NCBI GenBank assembly: GCA_002726515.1
Contig: PBTE01000181.1
Span: 11,174-75,173, forward strand
DNA length: 64,000 nucleotides
Reading direction: 5' to 3'
From: Planctomycetaceae bacterium
Lineage (GTDB): Bacteria; Planctomycetota; Planctomycetia; Pirellulales; Pirellulaceae
Each line of letters starts with the position of its first letter. Position 1 is the first letter of the stretch. A program made the position numbers and the translations under genes. The notes beneath the pieces are model-generated. The model searched no databases and was not told the DNA's origin. It saw only the letters and a program-made list of their open reading frames with translations. Of this stretch, positions 1-8,489 are shown in pieces.

Positions 1-7
1 AGATTCA

Positions 8-1576
8 TTGCGCTCGGTGATTACAGAAAAACAAATCGATTTCTCGGGTCGCTTGCGAGTGGAAACTATTGAGGAGGGCCAACGTTGGAACTTGCGACTG
101 AAATCAAGAAATGAAACAGTTTATTACGATCTTCAACTTCAAGACAATCAACTGTATTTCTCCTCCATCGAGTCCAATGAACCGGAAGCCGAAGGCAGCC
201 TGCTTTTCAAGGCGGCAGCAACCCTGGATGCCGGTCTGAATGAGGGTCAGGTTTCTGAAGTTTTACAGGCATTCAGTACAGCGCGGGGATTTGCGTGTAA
301 CGACAATGCGACGGTAACTGTGGAAGATCCTGATCAAAGCTGGAACATTACCGCAGGGGTCGAAGGAGAGGCGCGCCAGCTGCGGCTTCGACGTACCGGT
401 CCCACGTTAACAGCCTGGCAAGTCGTGACGCCCCAGGATAAGCAAGAGGCGGATACGGTTTGGACTTACGACATGATGAGTCAACTACGAGTCTCGCAAC
501 ATAACATGTGCAGCTGCTCGGTAACCGCTCTGGGCGACATTCTCTTTGTCAACACATCCAACGGGGTGGACGAATCTCATAAAAATATCCCCTCGGTAAC
601 CGCGCCCAGCTTCATGGCAATGAACAAGCATACTGGAGAGGTGCTTTGGACCGACAGTTCACCCGGCCCCAATATTTTACATGGGCAGTGGTCCTCACCG
701 ACCGTGGGAATCATCAACGGCGAACCTCAGGTGATCTTTGCCGGAGGAGACGGATGGGTTTACAGTTTTCGGGCGGACGAAGGAGTCGACGGAAAGCCTG
801 AACTGCTCTGGAAATTTGACGCAAATCCCAAGACCTCTGAATGGAAACTGCGCGGTAACGGAACCCGTAACAATATTATTGCCACACCGGTGATCTGCCA
901 GGACCTGCTTTATGTTGCGGTCGGGCAGGATCCGGAACATGGTGAAGGCAACGGCCACTTATGGTGTATCGATCCTAGCAAACGGGGTGACGTGAGCAGC
1001 GAACTAGCGGTCAAAGTCAATGATCGCGAAACTTCCATTCCTCATCGCAGGATCCAGGCCGTGATCGAGGAAGAAGGAGAAATCGCAATTGACAATCCTA
1101 ATTCGGCAGTCGTCTGGCACTACGACACCTTCGACCAGAACGGTGACGGGGAAATCGAGTTTCATGAAGAAATTCATCGTAGTTGCGGCACGGTCACCAT
1201 CAAGGATGACATCCTTTACATTGCCGACTTTAGCGGAATTTTTCATTGTTTGAATGCTCTGACGGGTCACGTTCACTGGACCTATGACATGTTCTCCCAG
1301 GCCTGGGGTTCGTCGCTGGTCGTTGACGGAAAAGTCTTCATCGGTGACGAGGAGGGTGACATCGCTGTTTTTCCTCTGACGGCCGACCGGCAGAAGGCGT
1401 TAATCCAGGTCGAGGAAGATGAGTGGCAACCCGCTTTGGGTGAAATCAAAATGGAAAACTCTGTCTACAGCACTCCCATCGTTGCTAACGGCGTGCTCTT
1501 TATCGCCAATCGCACGCACCTGTTTGCCATTTCTTATCCCGGAGAGGATCAGGTTACGCTGCAAAATCAACCTTGA
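8..1576 (+). CDS. PQQ-like beta-propeller repeat protein, ~170-aa N-terminal domain plus propeller; may continue upstream of the window edge
   Basis: 522-aa ORF with a TTG at position 8 and no in-frame stop upstream to position 1. It has repeated beta-propeller blades typical of PQQ/BamB-like repeat proteins (e.g. 'LLYVAVGQD...GHLWCIDPSKRGD', 'DDILYIADFSGIFHCLNALTGHVHW'). No signal peptide is visible, so the true start may lie before the window. Confidence 0.7.
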   Translation: MRSVITEKQIDFSGRLRVETIEEGQRWNLRLKSRNETVYYDLQLQDNQLYFSSIESNEPEAEGSLLFKAAATLDAGLNEGQVSEVLQAFSTARGFACNDNATVTVEDPDQSWNITAGVEGEARQLRLRRTGPTLTAWQVVTPQDKQEADTVWTYDMMSQLRVSQHNMCSCSVTALGDILFVNTSNGVDESHKNIPSVTAPSFMAMNKHTGEVLWTDSSPGPNILHGQWSSPTVGIINGEPQVIFAGGDGWVYSFRADEGVDGKPELLWKFDANPKTSEWKLRGNGTRNNIIATPVICQDLLYVAVGQDPEHGEGNGHLWCIDPSKRGDVSSELAVKVNDRETSIPHRRIQAVIEEEGEIAIDNPNSAVVWHYDTFDQNGDGEIEFHEEIHRSCGTVTIKDDILYIADFSGIFHCLNALTGHVHWTYDMFSQAWGSSLVVDGKVFIGDEEGDIAVFPLTADRQKALIQVEEDEWQPALGEIKMENSVYSTPIVANGVLFIANRTHLFAISYPGEDQVTLQNQP

Positions 1577-1670
1577 ACCCCGATATTCAGCTGCCTCGAC
1601 GACCCACGGTGACACAACTTTTCATGAAATTCTGCTGCCCAAACAAGTCCTGGACATCGGGCAGTGCGAC

Positions 1671-2009
1671 ATGGATCACGTGCCGTCTCGCCAATTGATC
1701 CAGAGCCGGTTTGATGCGCAACTCACTCCAGCTCATGGCATCGACGACGCATCGGAGTCGCTCGAGACACAAGCCTTCGACTTCGTGCTGGTCAACCGTC
1801 AATTCGACCGCGACCAGAGCGACGGGATCGAAGTCATTCGAGAACTAGAATCTCATACCCGTTGGTCCGGTGTTCTAACGATGCTGGTTTCTAATTTCCC
1901 CGAACACCAGCAATCCGCAACCGCTGCTGGAGGCGAACCCGGCTGTGGCAAAGCAGCCCTGCAGGCAACTGTGACTCGCCAAGGCATAGCGCGCATCCTG
2001 GAACTATGA
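1671..2009 (+). CDS. CheY-like receiver (REC)-related small protein, N-terminally truncated or non-canonical start
   Basis: The ORF frame opens at 1419 and overlaps the preceding gene. The first in-frame ATG after that gene's stop is 1671. The sequence 'FDFVLVNRQFDRDQSDGIEVIREL...VLTMLVSNFPEHQQSATAAGGEPGCGKAAL' resembles the beta3-alpha3-beta4-alpha4/Lys region of receiver domains, but beta1 and the acidic pocket are missing when starting at 1671. Confidence 0.35.
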   Translation: MDHVPSRQLIQSRFDAQLTPAHGIDDASESLETQAFDFVLVNRQFDRDQSDGIEVIRELESHTRWSGVLTMLVSNFPEHQQSATAAGGEPGCGKAALQATVTRQGIARILEL

Positions 2010-2041
2010 ACTGGGCCCTGCATTTGTTTACTCCAAAAACT

Positions 2042-2218
2042 TCAATCCCGATTCCTGAAATACATTGCGGCAAAAACAGCTCCCCCGATTGCCACTCCGA
2101 GCAGAATTCCTAAAAGGGCGCCGGGGTACTTTAGTTTAAAGATCAGTTGGGACGCAACAATCACCCCGTTGGCAACCAGGACGCTGATTAATAGGGGCTG
2201 TTTGAGTTCTTCGTCCAT
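2042..2218 (-). CDS. small membrane protein (58 aa, one TM helix)
   Basis: This is the C-terminal part of a 200-aa minus ORF. It starts at ATG 2216-2218 and reads 'MDEELKQPLLISVLVANGVIVASQLIFKLKYPGALLGILLGVAIGGAVFAAMYFRNRD'. The hydrophobic core and charged ends look like a real small membrane protein. The upstream 140 codons of the ORF are Cys/Gly/Ser-rich and not protein-like. Confidence 0.4.
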   Translation of the reverse strand: MDEELKQPLLISVLVANGVIVASQLIFKLKYPGALLGILLGVAIGGAVFAAMYFRNRD

Positions 2219-2657
2219 TGCCGTTTGGTCCCTTCTCTTGATAGTATTTTCTGGGGCCATCGCTTTCCGTGATTGGTAACAGGAAACCGGATCTTGGCGA
2301 CAGTCACCTGACGAGGACAAAGCCGCAACAAGGGTATCCCCGATTGAGAGGAAACCGCAGCCGGCATCCTGGAATCTCAGTATACCGATCCGTGCCACAA
2401 CGCTCGACCCTTCCAACCCAGCACACCCGAAACGAGCGGTCGATAAAACAAATTCTACCAGCACAGACTCAAAGCCCTGGCAGTAAGAACCCTCCAGAGC
2501 AATGATGGGATAAGCGTGGATCCATTGATCACCCGCAGCACGGATCGAGATAACCCGTTTGAAGCTGAGAAGAAACCCAAGGGTGACAAAGTGAATGCAG
2601 ACAGAGCCGGTCGAAATCATTCTGCGAGTCCGGCCCGGAGCCACCGGCCCGCGTTAC

Positions 2658-2960
2658 TCACTCAGTGATCTCTTCCTTCACTTTTTGCACAAAATGAGGC
2701 GTCTTTTGTGACGTGGAGAGATCCGAAGCCTTTTTTTCCGCCTGCTTCTTTTGGTTGAATTCGTAAAGAGCCACCCGCTTGAGAGACTGGTTAAAGACTC
2801 CCCAGAATATTTTCATGCGGATTACTTTATCTTGTTTCTTCGCCCGGGTCTTCCGCTTCACGGGGGTTTTCTTTTTTTTCGCCGTTTTCGTAGCACCCCC
2901 AGCCGCTGCGGCTTCAGATTCTTCCCGTAACTCCTTGCGATTTACAACTTTACGAGCCAT
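2658..2960 (-). CDS. lysine-rich basic protein (histone H1/Hc1-like, putative nucleoid-associated)
   Basis: Start at ATG (complement of 2958-2960), 'MARKVVNRKELREESEAAAAGGATKTAKKKKTPVKRKTRAKKQDKV...'. The very high Lys/Ala/Thr content is typical of bacterial histone H1-like proteins. The upstream 28 codons of the ORF were ignored. Confidence 0.5.
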   Translation of the reverse strand: MARKVVNRKELREESEAAAAGGATKTAKKKKTPVKRKTRAKKQDKVIRMKIFWGVFNQSLKRVALYEFNQKKQAEKKASDLSTSQKTPHFVQKVKEEITE

Positions 2961-3052
2961 AAGTGGTTTTTTCTTGGTTGCGATTCCGAATGAAAAGAAG
3001 TCCACCTGTCCGACCAACCGACGGTCATGATAGCCCAATATCACTTCCGTGA

Positions 3053-3349
3053 CTAGTTGCCGTCAATCGGAGTCGCCCCCGGTGGGGGCGTACCCTTACC
3101 CTGTTTGACATACTGCGACCGTAGTCTCCCGTATTCAGCCCCACTGGGCAAATCTTCCTCAATTTGCCCCCCGGCGACCGCCGCGTTGAATAATCGTTTC
3201 AGATAGAGACGACACCACCCGCAGCCTGTGCCCGCCCCAAAGCAGTCGCTCAGCTGACCTGCCCGGCGAGGTCGCTCCACACGGAGAAAATTAACGACCT
3301 TTCTCTTGGTAACATGAAAGCAGAGACAAAGTTCGTCGTCCAGTTCCAT
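3053..3349 (-). CDS. (2Fe-2S)-binding protein, BFD-like (bacterioferritin-associated ferredoxin-like) domain
   Basis: Cys pattern 'CLCFHVTKRKVVNF...CFGAGTGCGWC' matches the Bfd-like [2Fe-2S]-binding domain (C-x-C ... C-x-x-C with the GTGCG motif). Confidence 0.6.
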   Translation of the reverse strand: MELDDELCLCFHVTKRKVVNFLRVERPRRAGQLSDCFGAGTGCGWCRLYLKRLFNAAVAGGQIEEDLPSGAEYGRLRSQYVKQGKGTPPPGATPIDGN

Positions 3350-3408
3350 CAGCCAGGTCCTCGTCGTCGTTCAGCAACTCTTGCAATGCCGGCCCTGCCG
3401 TTTTGATC

Positions 3409-4599
3409 TCACAGCTTCGCTTGGGTAGCCAGGAAAAGACCAATACGACAAGCGCTCTTGAAATTCTCAATGTCGAGTGCCTCGCCTGTCATATGTTGAT
3501 TGATCTGACCACATCCCAAGGATACCGTGGGGATGCCACGTGCCACCATCCAGTTCGCGTCCAAGCCCCCGTTGGCCACTGCCCGAACCGGTTGACCACC
3601 TGTTTTCACAACCGCCTGTTCCGCAGCCAACACACTCGGATCGTCTTTCTGCAATTGGAATGCCTCGTAATCCAGCCGACCGTCGAAATCGACGCTGCCC
3701 GACTGCCCACTGTTGTTTTTTATCTGACCGGCCGCCCGTACAAATGCTTTTTCGATTTCCTTCAAAATGCGTTTACGGAATTGGGGATCGTGACTACGCG
3801 CCTCGGCCTTCAGTTCTACATCATCGGAGACAACATTGGTGGTCTCGCCACCATGAAAGGAGCCCACGTTGCTGGTACCGCGCTTACTTCCCTTGCAAAT
3901 TTGGCCGTGCCAACCTCCGCGGACCAATTCTGCAATGGCAAGCGAAGCAATGGCAATGGCACTCACACCGCGTTCCGGAGCACCACCCGCATGACTGGCG
4001 ATTCCACGAATCTTGATGGCCATACGGTATCCCCCGGTGGCACCCACCGTCAACTTCTCCCAGGAACCCCCATCCCAATTGAAGGCCCGCTTCGGTTTGC
4101 GCAAGATCGCGTGATTCAGGTGCCGAGCACCGTGCAGGCCGATTTCTTCCTGGATGGTCCAGCAAAACGTGACTGGTGGATGTGGCAAGCCTCGTTCCAG
4201 AATCTCCAAGGCTGAATTCAGAACCACGGCGCAGCCGGCACGATCATCCGCTCCCAGGGCTCGTTGAGAATTGCTGGAAACAATGAAACCGGAGCGACGT
4301 ACAGGACTCGATCCCACGCAAATCGGAACGGTATCCATGTGCGCCATGAGCAACCGGCGTGGTCCCTGAATGTTGCCCGGTAGAACAAATACCAAATTTC
4401 CCGTGTCGCCGCGAACCGGCGTGCGCCGATTCGCAGCATCCCTGCGAATCATGGCTCGAGGAACACCTGCCGCTTGAAGTTTTTCCGTAATATAATTTGC
4501 TACACGACCCTCCTGGCCACTCTTGCCCGGAAGAGCCATGAGTTCTGTTACCAGGTCGATTGCTCGTCGAAAGTTTGGTTTGTGGCCGTTGAGAGTCAT
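3409..4599 (-). CDS. M20/M42-family metallopeptidase (PepT-like tripeptide aminopeptidase)
   Basis: 396 aa with metal-ligand motifs 'AHMDTVP', 'GADDRAGCAV', 'QEEIGLHGA' and 'GGETTNVV', characteristic of dinuclear-zinc M20/M42 peptidases. Confidence 0.75.
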   Translation of the reverse strand: MTLNGHKPNFRRAIDLVTELMALPGKSGQEGRVANYITEKLQAAGVPRAMIRRDAANRRTPVRGDTGNLVFVLPGNIQGPRRLLMAHMDTVPICVGSSPVRRSGFIVSSNSQRALGADDRAGCAVVLNSALEILERGLPHPPVTFCWTIQEEIGLHGARHLNHAILRKPKRAFNWDGGSWEKLTVGATGGYRMAIKIRGIASHAGGAPERGVSAIAIASLAIAELVRGGWHGQICKGSKRGTSNVGSFHGGETTNVVSDDVELKAEARSHDPQFRKRILKEIEKAFVRAAGQIKNNSGQSGSVDFDGRLDYEAFQLQKDDPSVLAAEQAVVKTGGQPVRAVANGGLDANWMVARGIPTVSLGCGQINQHMTGEALDIENFKSACRIGLFLATQAKL

Positions 4600-4792
4600 G
4601 GGATCTAAAAGTTTCTTGAATTGCCGCGGCGCGACTACCCTTTCACGAACTACAGTCTAACGTCTAACGTCCCTCGGTCTCCAGTCCCTGGAAACTCACT
4701 TTGGACAGACCGTGGCCATGCACAAGGGGGCATTGGAGACCTTCGCGGGATCTGTATCTGACCCGGGCAAACCGCTATCCTGAAACCTCGTC

Positions 4793-5848
4793 ATGCGACA
4801 CTTACTTGATCCAACTTGTGACATCGAATCCTGGCTCGCAGAAAACGGACAGCCAAGTTACCGTGCTGCGCAACTGAGACAGTGGATCTATCAGAAACGC
4901 GCTGGAAGCTTGCAGGGCATGAAAAACGTGCCCAAGAGTCTCCGAACACAACTTGATCAGGATTTCCAGTTCTGGACGACGCAAGTGGTACGGCATCAGC
5001 GAGCAGAAGATGGAACAGAAAAACTTCTCCTATCACTTGCCGACGGGCAGACTATGGAATGTGTGCTGTTGCGAGACGGAGTACGTCGTACCATCTGTAT
5101 CAGCTCGCAGGTTGGTTGCGCAATGGGGTGTGTGTTTTGCGCAAGTGGTTTGAATGGCCTGCAACGAAATCTGACTTGCGGGGAAATCGTAGAACAGATG
5201 TTGCGTTTGCAACAGCTCCTAGAAATAGAAGAAAGATTGAGTCACGTGGTGGTCATGGGAATGGGTGAGCCACTGGCAAATCTCGATGCACTCCTGCCAT
5301 CTCTCCGAATAGCGTCGCACCAGGATGGGCTGGGTATCAGTACGCGTAGAATTACCATTTCCACAGTCGGCCTGCCAAAGGCCATCCAACGACTTGTTGA
5401 ACTTAAAACGGGTTACCATCTGGCTGTTTCGTTGCACGCACCGGACGATTCCTTGCGAAATCAGTTGGTACCTGTCAACAAAAACGTTGGATTGCATCAG
5501 ATCCTGTCGGCCTCCGACAAGTATTTCGAGGCCTCGGGCCGGCGGTTGACTTTCGAGTACGTCCTGCTATCCGAACTGAATGACTGCGAGCAGCACGCCC
5601 AGAAATTGTCCCGGCTGCTGAAGGGGCGATCTGCCCTGGTCAACCTTATCCCCTACAATCCTGTCGCCGGCCTTCCTTATCGTTATCCCACAACGACGGC
5701 AGTGAGTCGCTTTCGCGAAATCCTCCAGCAAAATGGCCTGAATGTCCAAGTGAGACAGCGTAAGGGCGACAAAATTCAAGCCGCTTGTGGACAGCTGCGA
5801 CGGGAAAACCGGCCGATTATCGGCAAACCGGCCACTGACAACCCATAA
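4793..5848 (+). CDS. rlmN: 23S rRNA (adenine2503-C2)-methyltransferase RlmN (radical SAM)
   Basis: 351 aa. Radical-SAM cluster motif 'CISSQVGCAMGCVFCASG', 'MGMGEPLAN' and C-terminal 'IPYNP' are typical of RlmN/Cfr. Confidence 0.9.
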   Translation: MRHLLDPTCDIESWLAENGQPSYRAAQLRQWIYQKRAGSLQGMKNVPKSLRTQLDQDFQFWTTQVVRHQRAEDGTEKLLLSLADGQTMECVLLRDGVRRTICISSQVGCAMGCVFCASGLNGLQRNLTCGEIVEQMLRLQQLLEIEERLSHVVVMGMGEPLANLDALLPSLRIASHQDGLGISTRRITISTVGLPKAIQRLVELKTGYHLAVSLHAPDDSLRNQLVPVNKNVGLHQILSASDKYFEASGRRLTFEYVLLSELNDCEQHAQKLSRLLKGRSALVNLIPYNPVAGLPYRYPTTTAVSRFREILQQNGLNVQVRQRKGDKIQAACGQLRRENRPIIGKPATDNP

Positions 5849-6042
5849 AAATCTCCGGCCGGCCTAATTCTCCTCCCCGAAAGCAGAAACTTTTCGACCG
5901 GAGCTGGGTTAAATAGTTAAATAACAGAAGCAGCTTGCCGTGCCACCTCGATTGGCTGGCGACAGGCCCTCAAACGGTCTAGAGTGGTGCAGTTGAGCAG
6001 AGGGTCGAATTCGGAAAGTTTCCAGACATTTCCAGGTGGGAG

Positions 6043-6696
6043 TTGTCGTTGGCAATTAGTGAATCCACGGCACTGAAATACGAGAGACTGGACCCGGATG
6101 TCCGGCTGATGCTGAAGGTGCGCGACGATGACGCGGTGGCGTTCGAGGAACTGATGCGCCGCTACCAATCGCGCCTGATCACGATCCTGCAACATGTCGT
6201 GGGAACACGGGACCAGGCCGAGGACCTCGTGCAGGACGTCTTTCTGCGAGTCTACCGCGCCCGCAAACGCTATGTTCCTGGTGCCAAATTCTCAACCTGG
6301 CTGTTCACCATTGCCAACAATGTGGCAAGAAATGCCCTACGCAGTTCGGCTCGACGGCACGAAGTCAACCTTGGTCCCACGGCGGGAAATGAGTCATCCG
6401 CACTGACTCTGGATCAGCTTGCCATGGCGGCCAGTGGCCAGATGCCAACTCGCCAGTTTGACCGAAACGAAATGGCTGATATTGTACGTCTGGCCGTTAC
6501 ATCGTTGAATGAGCGACAGCAGATGGCGGTCCTGCTGTCCAAATTCGAAGAAATGAGTTACGCAGATATTTCTCAAGTCATGGACCTTTCACCACAAGCG
6601 ATCAAGTCGCTGCTCTCCAGGGCTCGCGGAAAACTGCGCAAGATCTTAGAACCATACCTGTCTCTTCAACAAGTCCCGGAAGACAACCAACCATGA
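6043..6696 (+). CDS. ECF-type RNA polymerase sigma-70 factor
   Basis: 217 aa. Region 2 reads 'AFEELMRRYQSRLITILQHVVGTRDQAEDLVQDVFLRVYRARKRY...FSTWLFTIANNVARNALR'. A region 4 helix-turn-helix reads 'MSYADISQVMDLSPQAIKSLLSRARGKLRK'. Confidence 0.85.
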   Translation: MSLAISESTALKYERLDPDVRLMLKVRDDDAVAFEELMRRYQSRLITILQHVVGTRDQAEDLVQDVFLRVYRARKRYVPGAKFSTWLFTIANNVARNALRSSARRHEVNLGPTAGNESSALTLDQLAMAASGQMPTRQFDRNEMADIVRLAVTSLNERQQMAVLLSKFEEMSYADISQVMDLSPQAIKSLLSRARGKLRKILEPYLSLQQVPEDNQP

Positions 6697-6790
6697 CTTG
6701 TCGAACGATGATCGGGCCTGGGGTGGGGGCCGTTCTGTCAAATCCAGCCAACTTTTTCCATCGCTTCGGTTTTTCGTTGCAGGGCATATC

Positions 6791-7279
6791 ATGAATGATC
6801 GTGAAAAGGAGCGACAGAAAAAACTTGATACGATCCACGAAGAAATCGTCGCCTACCTGGATGGAGAACTTGACGAGAACGTTTCGCAGCGAGTCGAGCA
6901 GCGTTTGGGCCAGGATCCGACCTATCGGCGCCGCTTACAGCAAATGGAACGCGCATGGGACTGCTTGGACGCGTTACCTCAAGCGGAAGTAGACGAATCA
7001 TTTACCCATTCCACCGTCGAAATGGTCGCCCTGGCTGCAGAAAAAGAACTGTCCCTGTCGGCCACAACTAACTCCAGGTCGTTGACAACCTGGTTCATAG
7101 GCGGGGCCCTGACGTTGGCCGCAGTCGCAGCCGGTTTTATCTTCACAACTTGGGTAATCCCTGACGCGAATCAAGAACTTCTGCAGGACCTGCCCATGAT
7201 TGAAAACATCGACATGTATCTTCATGCTGACAACGTCGAGTTCTTGCAAAAACTGCAAGAGGAAAAGATCTTTATGTAG
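6791..7279 (+). CDS. anti-sigma factor, single-pass membrane protein
   Basis: Lies immediately downstream of the ECF sigma gene. ATG at 6791; the ORF frame opens with TTG at 6698. N-terminal 'EEIVAYLDGELDENVSQRVEQRL' is the typical anti-sigma N-terminal helix. One TM segment, 'WFIGGALTLAAVAAGFIFTTWVI'. Confidence 0.55.
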   Translation: MNDREKERQKKLDTIHEEIVAYLDGELDENVSQRVEQRLGQDPTYRRRLQQMERAWDCLDALPQAEVDESFTHSTVEMVALAAEKELSLSATTNSRSLTTWFIGGALTLAAVAAGFIFTTWVIPDANQELLQDLPMIENIDMYLHADNVEFLQKLQEEKIFM

Positions 7280-7292
7280 GAGCAGGATTCCT

Positions 7293-8288
7293 GTGCTGAA
7301 AGGGCATGCCAACAAGTTTTCCGTCAGTCCGCCGACTGCGACCCGCGCGGGCCTGATGTGGGTAACGTGGTTTGTCTGCGTGCTTCTGCTGCCTGGCGCC
7401 ATCTTCGCAGGGGATAGCTCCCAGAGACCGCGGCAGCGACTCGACAAAATGAGCTCCGTCGAAAAAGAACAGTTGCGCGCTAAACGCGCTCGCTTCAAAG
7501 CGTTACCAGCTGACGAGCAGCAACGGATCAGACAACTGCATCAGCAGATCTCCAGTGAGCCTCAATTGGAGCAAATCACGCACGCGTATTTCTCCTGGTT
7601 AAAAACTCTACCCGCTATTCAGGTCGCCGAGCTGAAGTCCCTCTCCACGCCCCAACGGATCGTGCGCATCAAGGAAATACGGGGCGAACAACAGCAACAG
7701 CTCATCCAGCGTCTAGCCTCGAAACCTCTTTCCAAGAAAGACGGGCAAGCTGTTTTGAAGTGGGCTACACAATTCGTTGAACGGCACCAGGACGAGATTC
7801 TTACAAAATTTTCCACAGATCTGGAAAGACGGTATCATCAAATACGAAATTCTGGCCAGCGCAAGAGGTGGCTGCTCCACGCCGCATGGCAACGGCATGC
7901 CGCGCCAATGCCCAGCGGTCATGAGATTCAGCAACTTTTCGACCAACTCTCGCCCGCAGCGCAACAAGAACTTCAAGCCCTCCAAGAACCAGGAGAAAAA
8001 AAACAAGTTATTCGGCGGTGGGTGCAAACCTCGTTTGTCGAGCGCTTTGGCACAGATCAACTGCTGCCCATCGCCAATGAGAAACAGTTGGATGGATTCT
8101 ACCGAGAATCTTTGACGCGAGATCAGAAGGAGCATCTGGACCGTTTGCCAGGCGCTGAGTTCCAACGTGAGCTGCAGCAGCTTTTCTACAACCGTCCTCA
8201 CATGCCACAACCGGCCGGCCCTCGCCGACATTTTCGTCGCAAAGGCCCTCGCCACCATCCCCCCCGGAGGGACCGACCGCCCAATTAA
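7293..8288 (+). CDS. secreted Gln-rich coiled-coil protein with LTXXQ-like motifs (possible Spy/CpxP-type periplasmic stress protein), third gene of the sigma/anti-sigma operon
   Basis: A GTG at 7293 is preceded by AGGAG (7279-7283) with an 8-9 nt spacer; the alternative ATG is at 7356. Signal peptide '...MWVTWFVCVLLLPGAIFAGD'. Repeated 'L(S/T)xxQ' motifs ('LTRDQKEHL', 'LSTPQRI', 'LSPAAQQEL') and Q/E/R-rich helices. The C-terminus is Pro/Arg-rich. Confidence 0.5.
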   Translation: MLKGHANKFSVSPPTATRAGLMWVTWFVCVLLLPGAIFAGDSSQRPRQRLDKMSSVEKEQLRAKRARFKALPADEQQRIRQLHQQISSEPQLEQITHAYFSWLKTLPAIQVAELKSLSTPQRIVRIKEIRGEQQQQLIQRLASKPLSKKDGQAVLKWATQFVERHQDEILTKFSTDLERRYHQIRNSGQRKRWLLHAAWQRHAAPMPSGHEIQQLFDQLSPAAQQELQALQEPGEKKQVIRRWVQTSFVERFGTDQLLPIANEKQLDGFYRESLTRDQKEHLDRLPGAEFQRELQQLFYNRPHMPQPAGPRRHFRRKGPRHHPPRRDRPPN

Positions 8289-8314
8289 TTGGCCGGTTTC
8301 CGGCGGTGCCACTC

Positions 8315-8334
8315 GCGGGTTTGGCTTGAAACCC
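8315..8334 (+). terminator. candidate hairpin (CGGGTTT-ggcttg-AAACCCG) between convergent genes
   Basis: A 7-bp perfect stem and 6-nt loop lie 27 nt after the stop of the 7293-8288 gene and before the convergent sppA stop. There is no strong T-tract, so this is weak. Confidence 0.3.
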
Positions 8335-8489
8335 GTTCGGTAAGTGGTGACCCCACCACAAGACAACGATCCCATCCGGTCGGCCTGTCAGGTACGAACG
8401 AAAAGAATTCTCGTCGTCTAGAAACCGTTCACTACGGCTCACGAAACGTCGTCGCTGTCCGAAATTTTTCCCCGGCTCTGGACAGACCC

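Noticed and set aside
1419-1670. Upstream extension of the REC-like ORF (start at 1419)
   Set aside because: It overlaps the 3' end of the PQQ-repeat gene by 158 nt in another frame, and the translation ('MSGNPLWVKSKWKTLSTALPS...') is not protein-like. The first ATG after the upstream stop is 1671.
2042-2644. 200-aa minus-strand ORF treated as a single CDS
   Set aside because: Only the last 58 codons look like a protein (a small TM protein with its own ATG). The upstream 140 codons are Cys/Gly/Ser-rich low-complexity translation with no motif. I kept the short gene and flagged the rest as non-coding or possible RNA.
2219-2657. RNase P RNA or tmRNA
   Set aside because: No P4 'GGAAAGUCCGGGCUCC' / 'ACAGA.CCCGGCUUA' pair on either strand. 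No tRNA-like acceptor/T-loop and no CCA end. Only short fortuitous matches such as 'AGGGUGACAAAGUG'.
3403-4215. 270-aa and 158-aa plus-strand ORFs
   Set aside because: Antisense to the M20/M42 peptidase gene, whose metal-binding motifs are clear on the minus strand.
7200-7292. ORF-track start (ATG 7200) for the LTXXQ-like protein
   Set aside because: It would overlap the anti-sigma gene by 80 nt, and the extra N-terminus is a Cys/Lys/Ser-rich tract. A GTG with a strong AGGAG site lies just after the anti-sigma stop.
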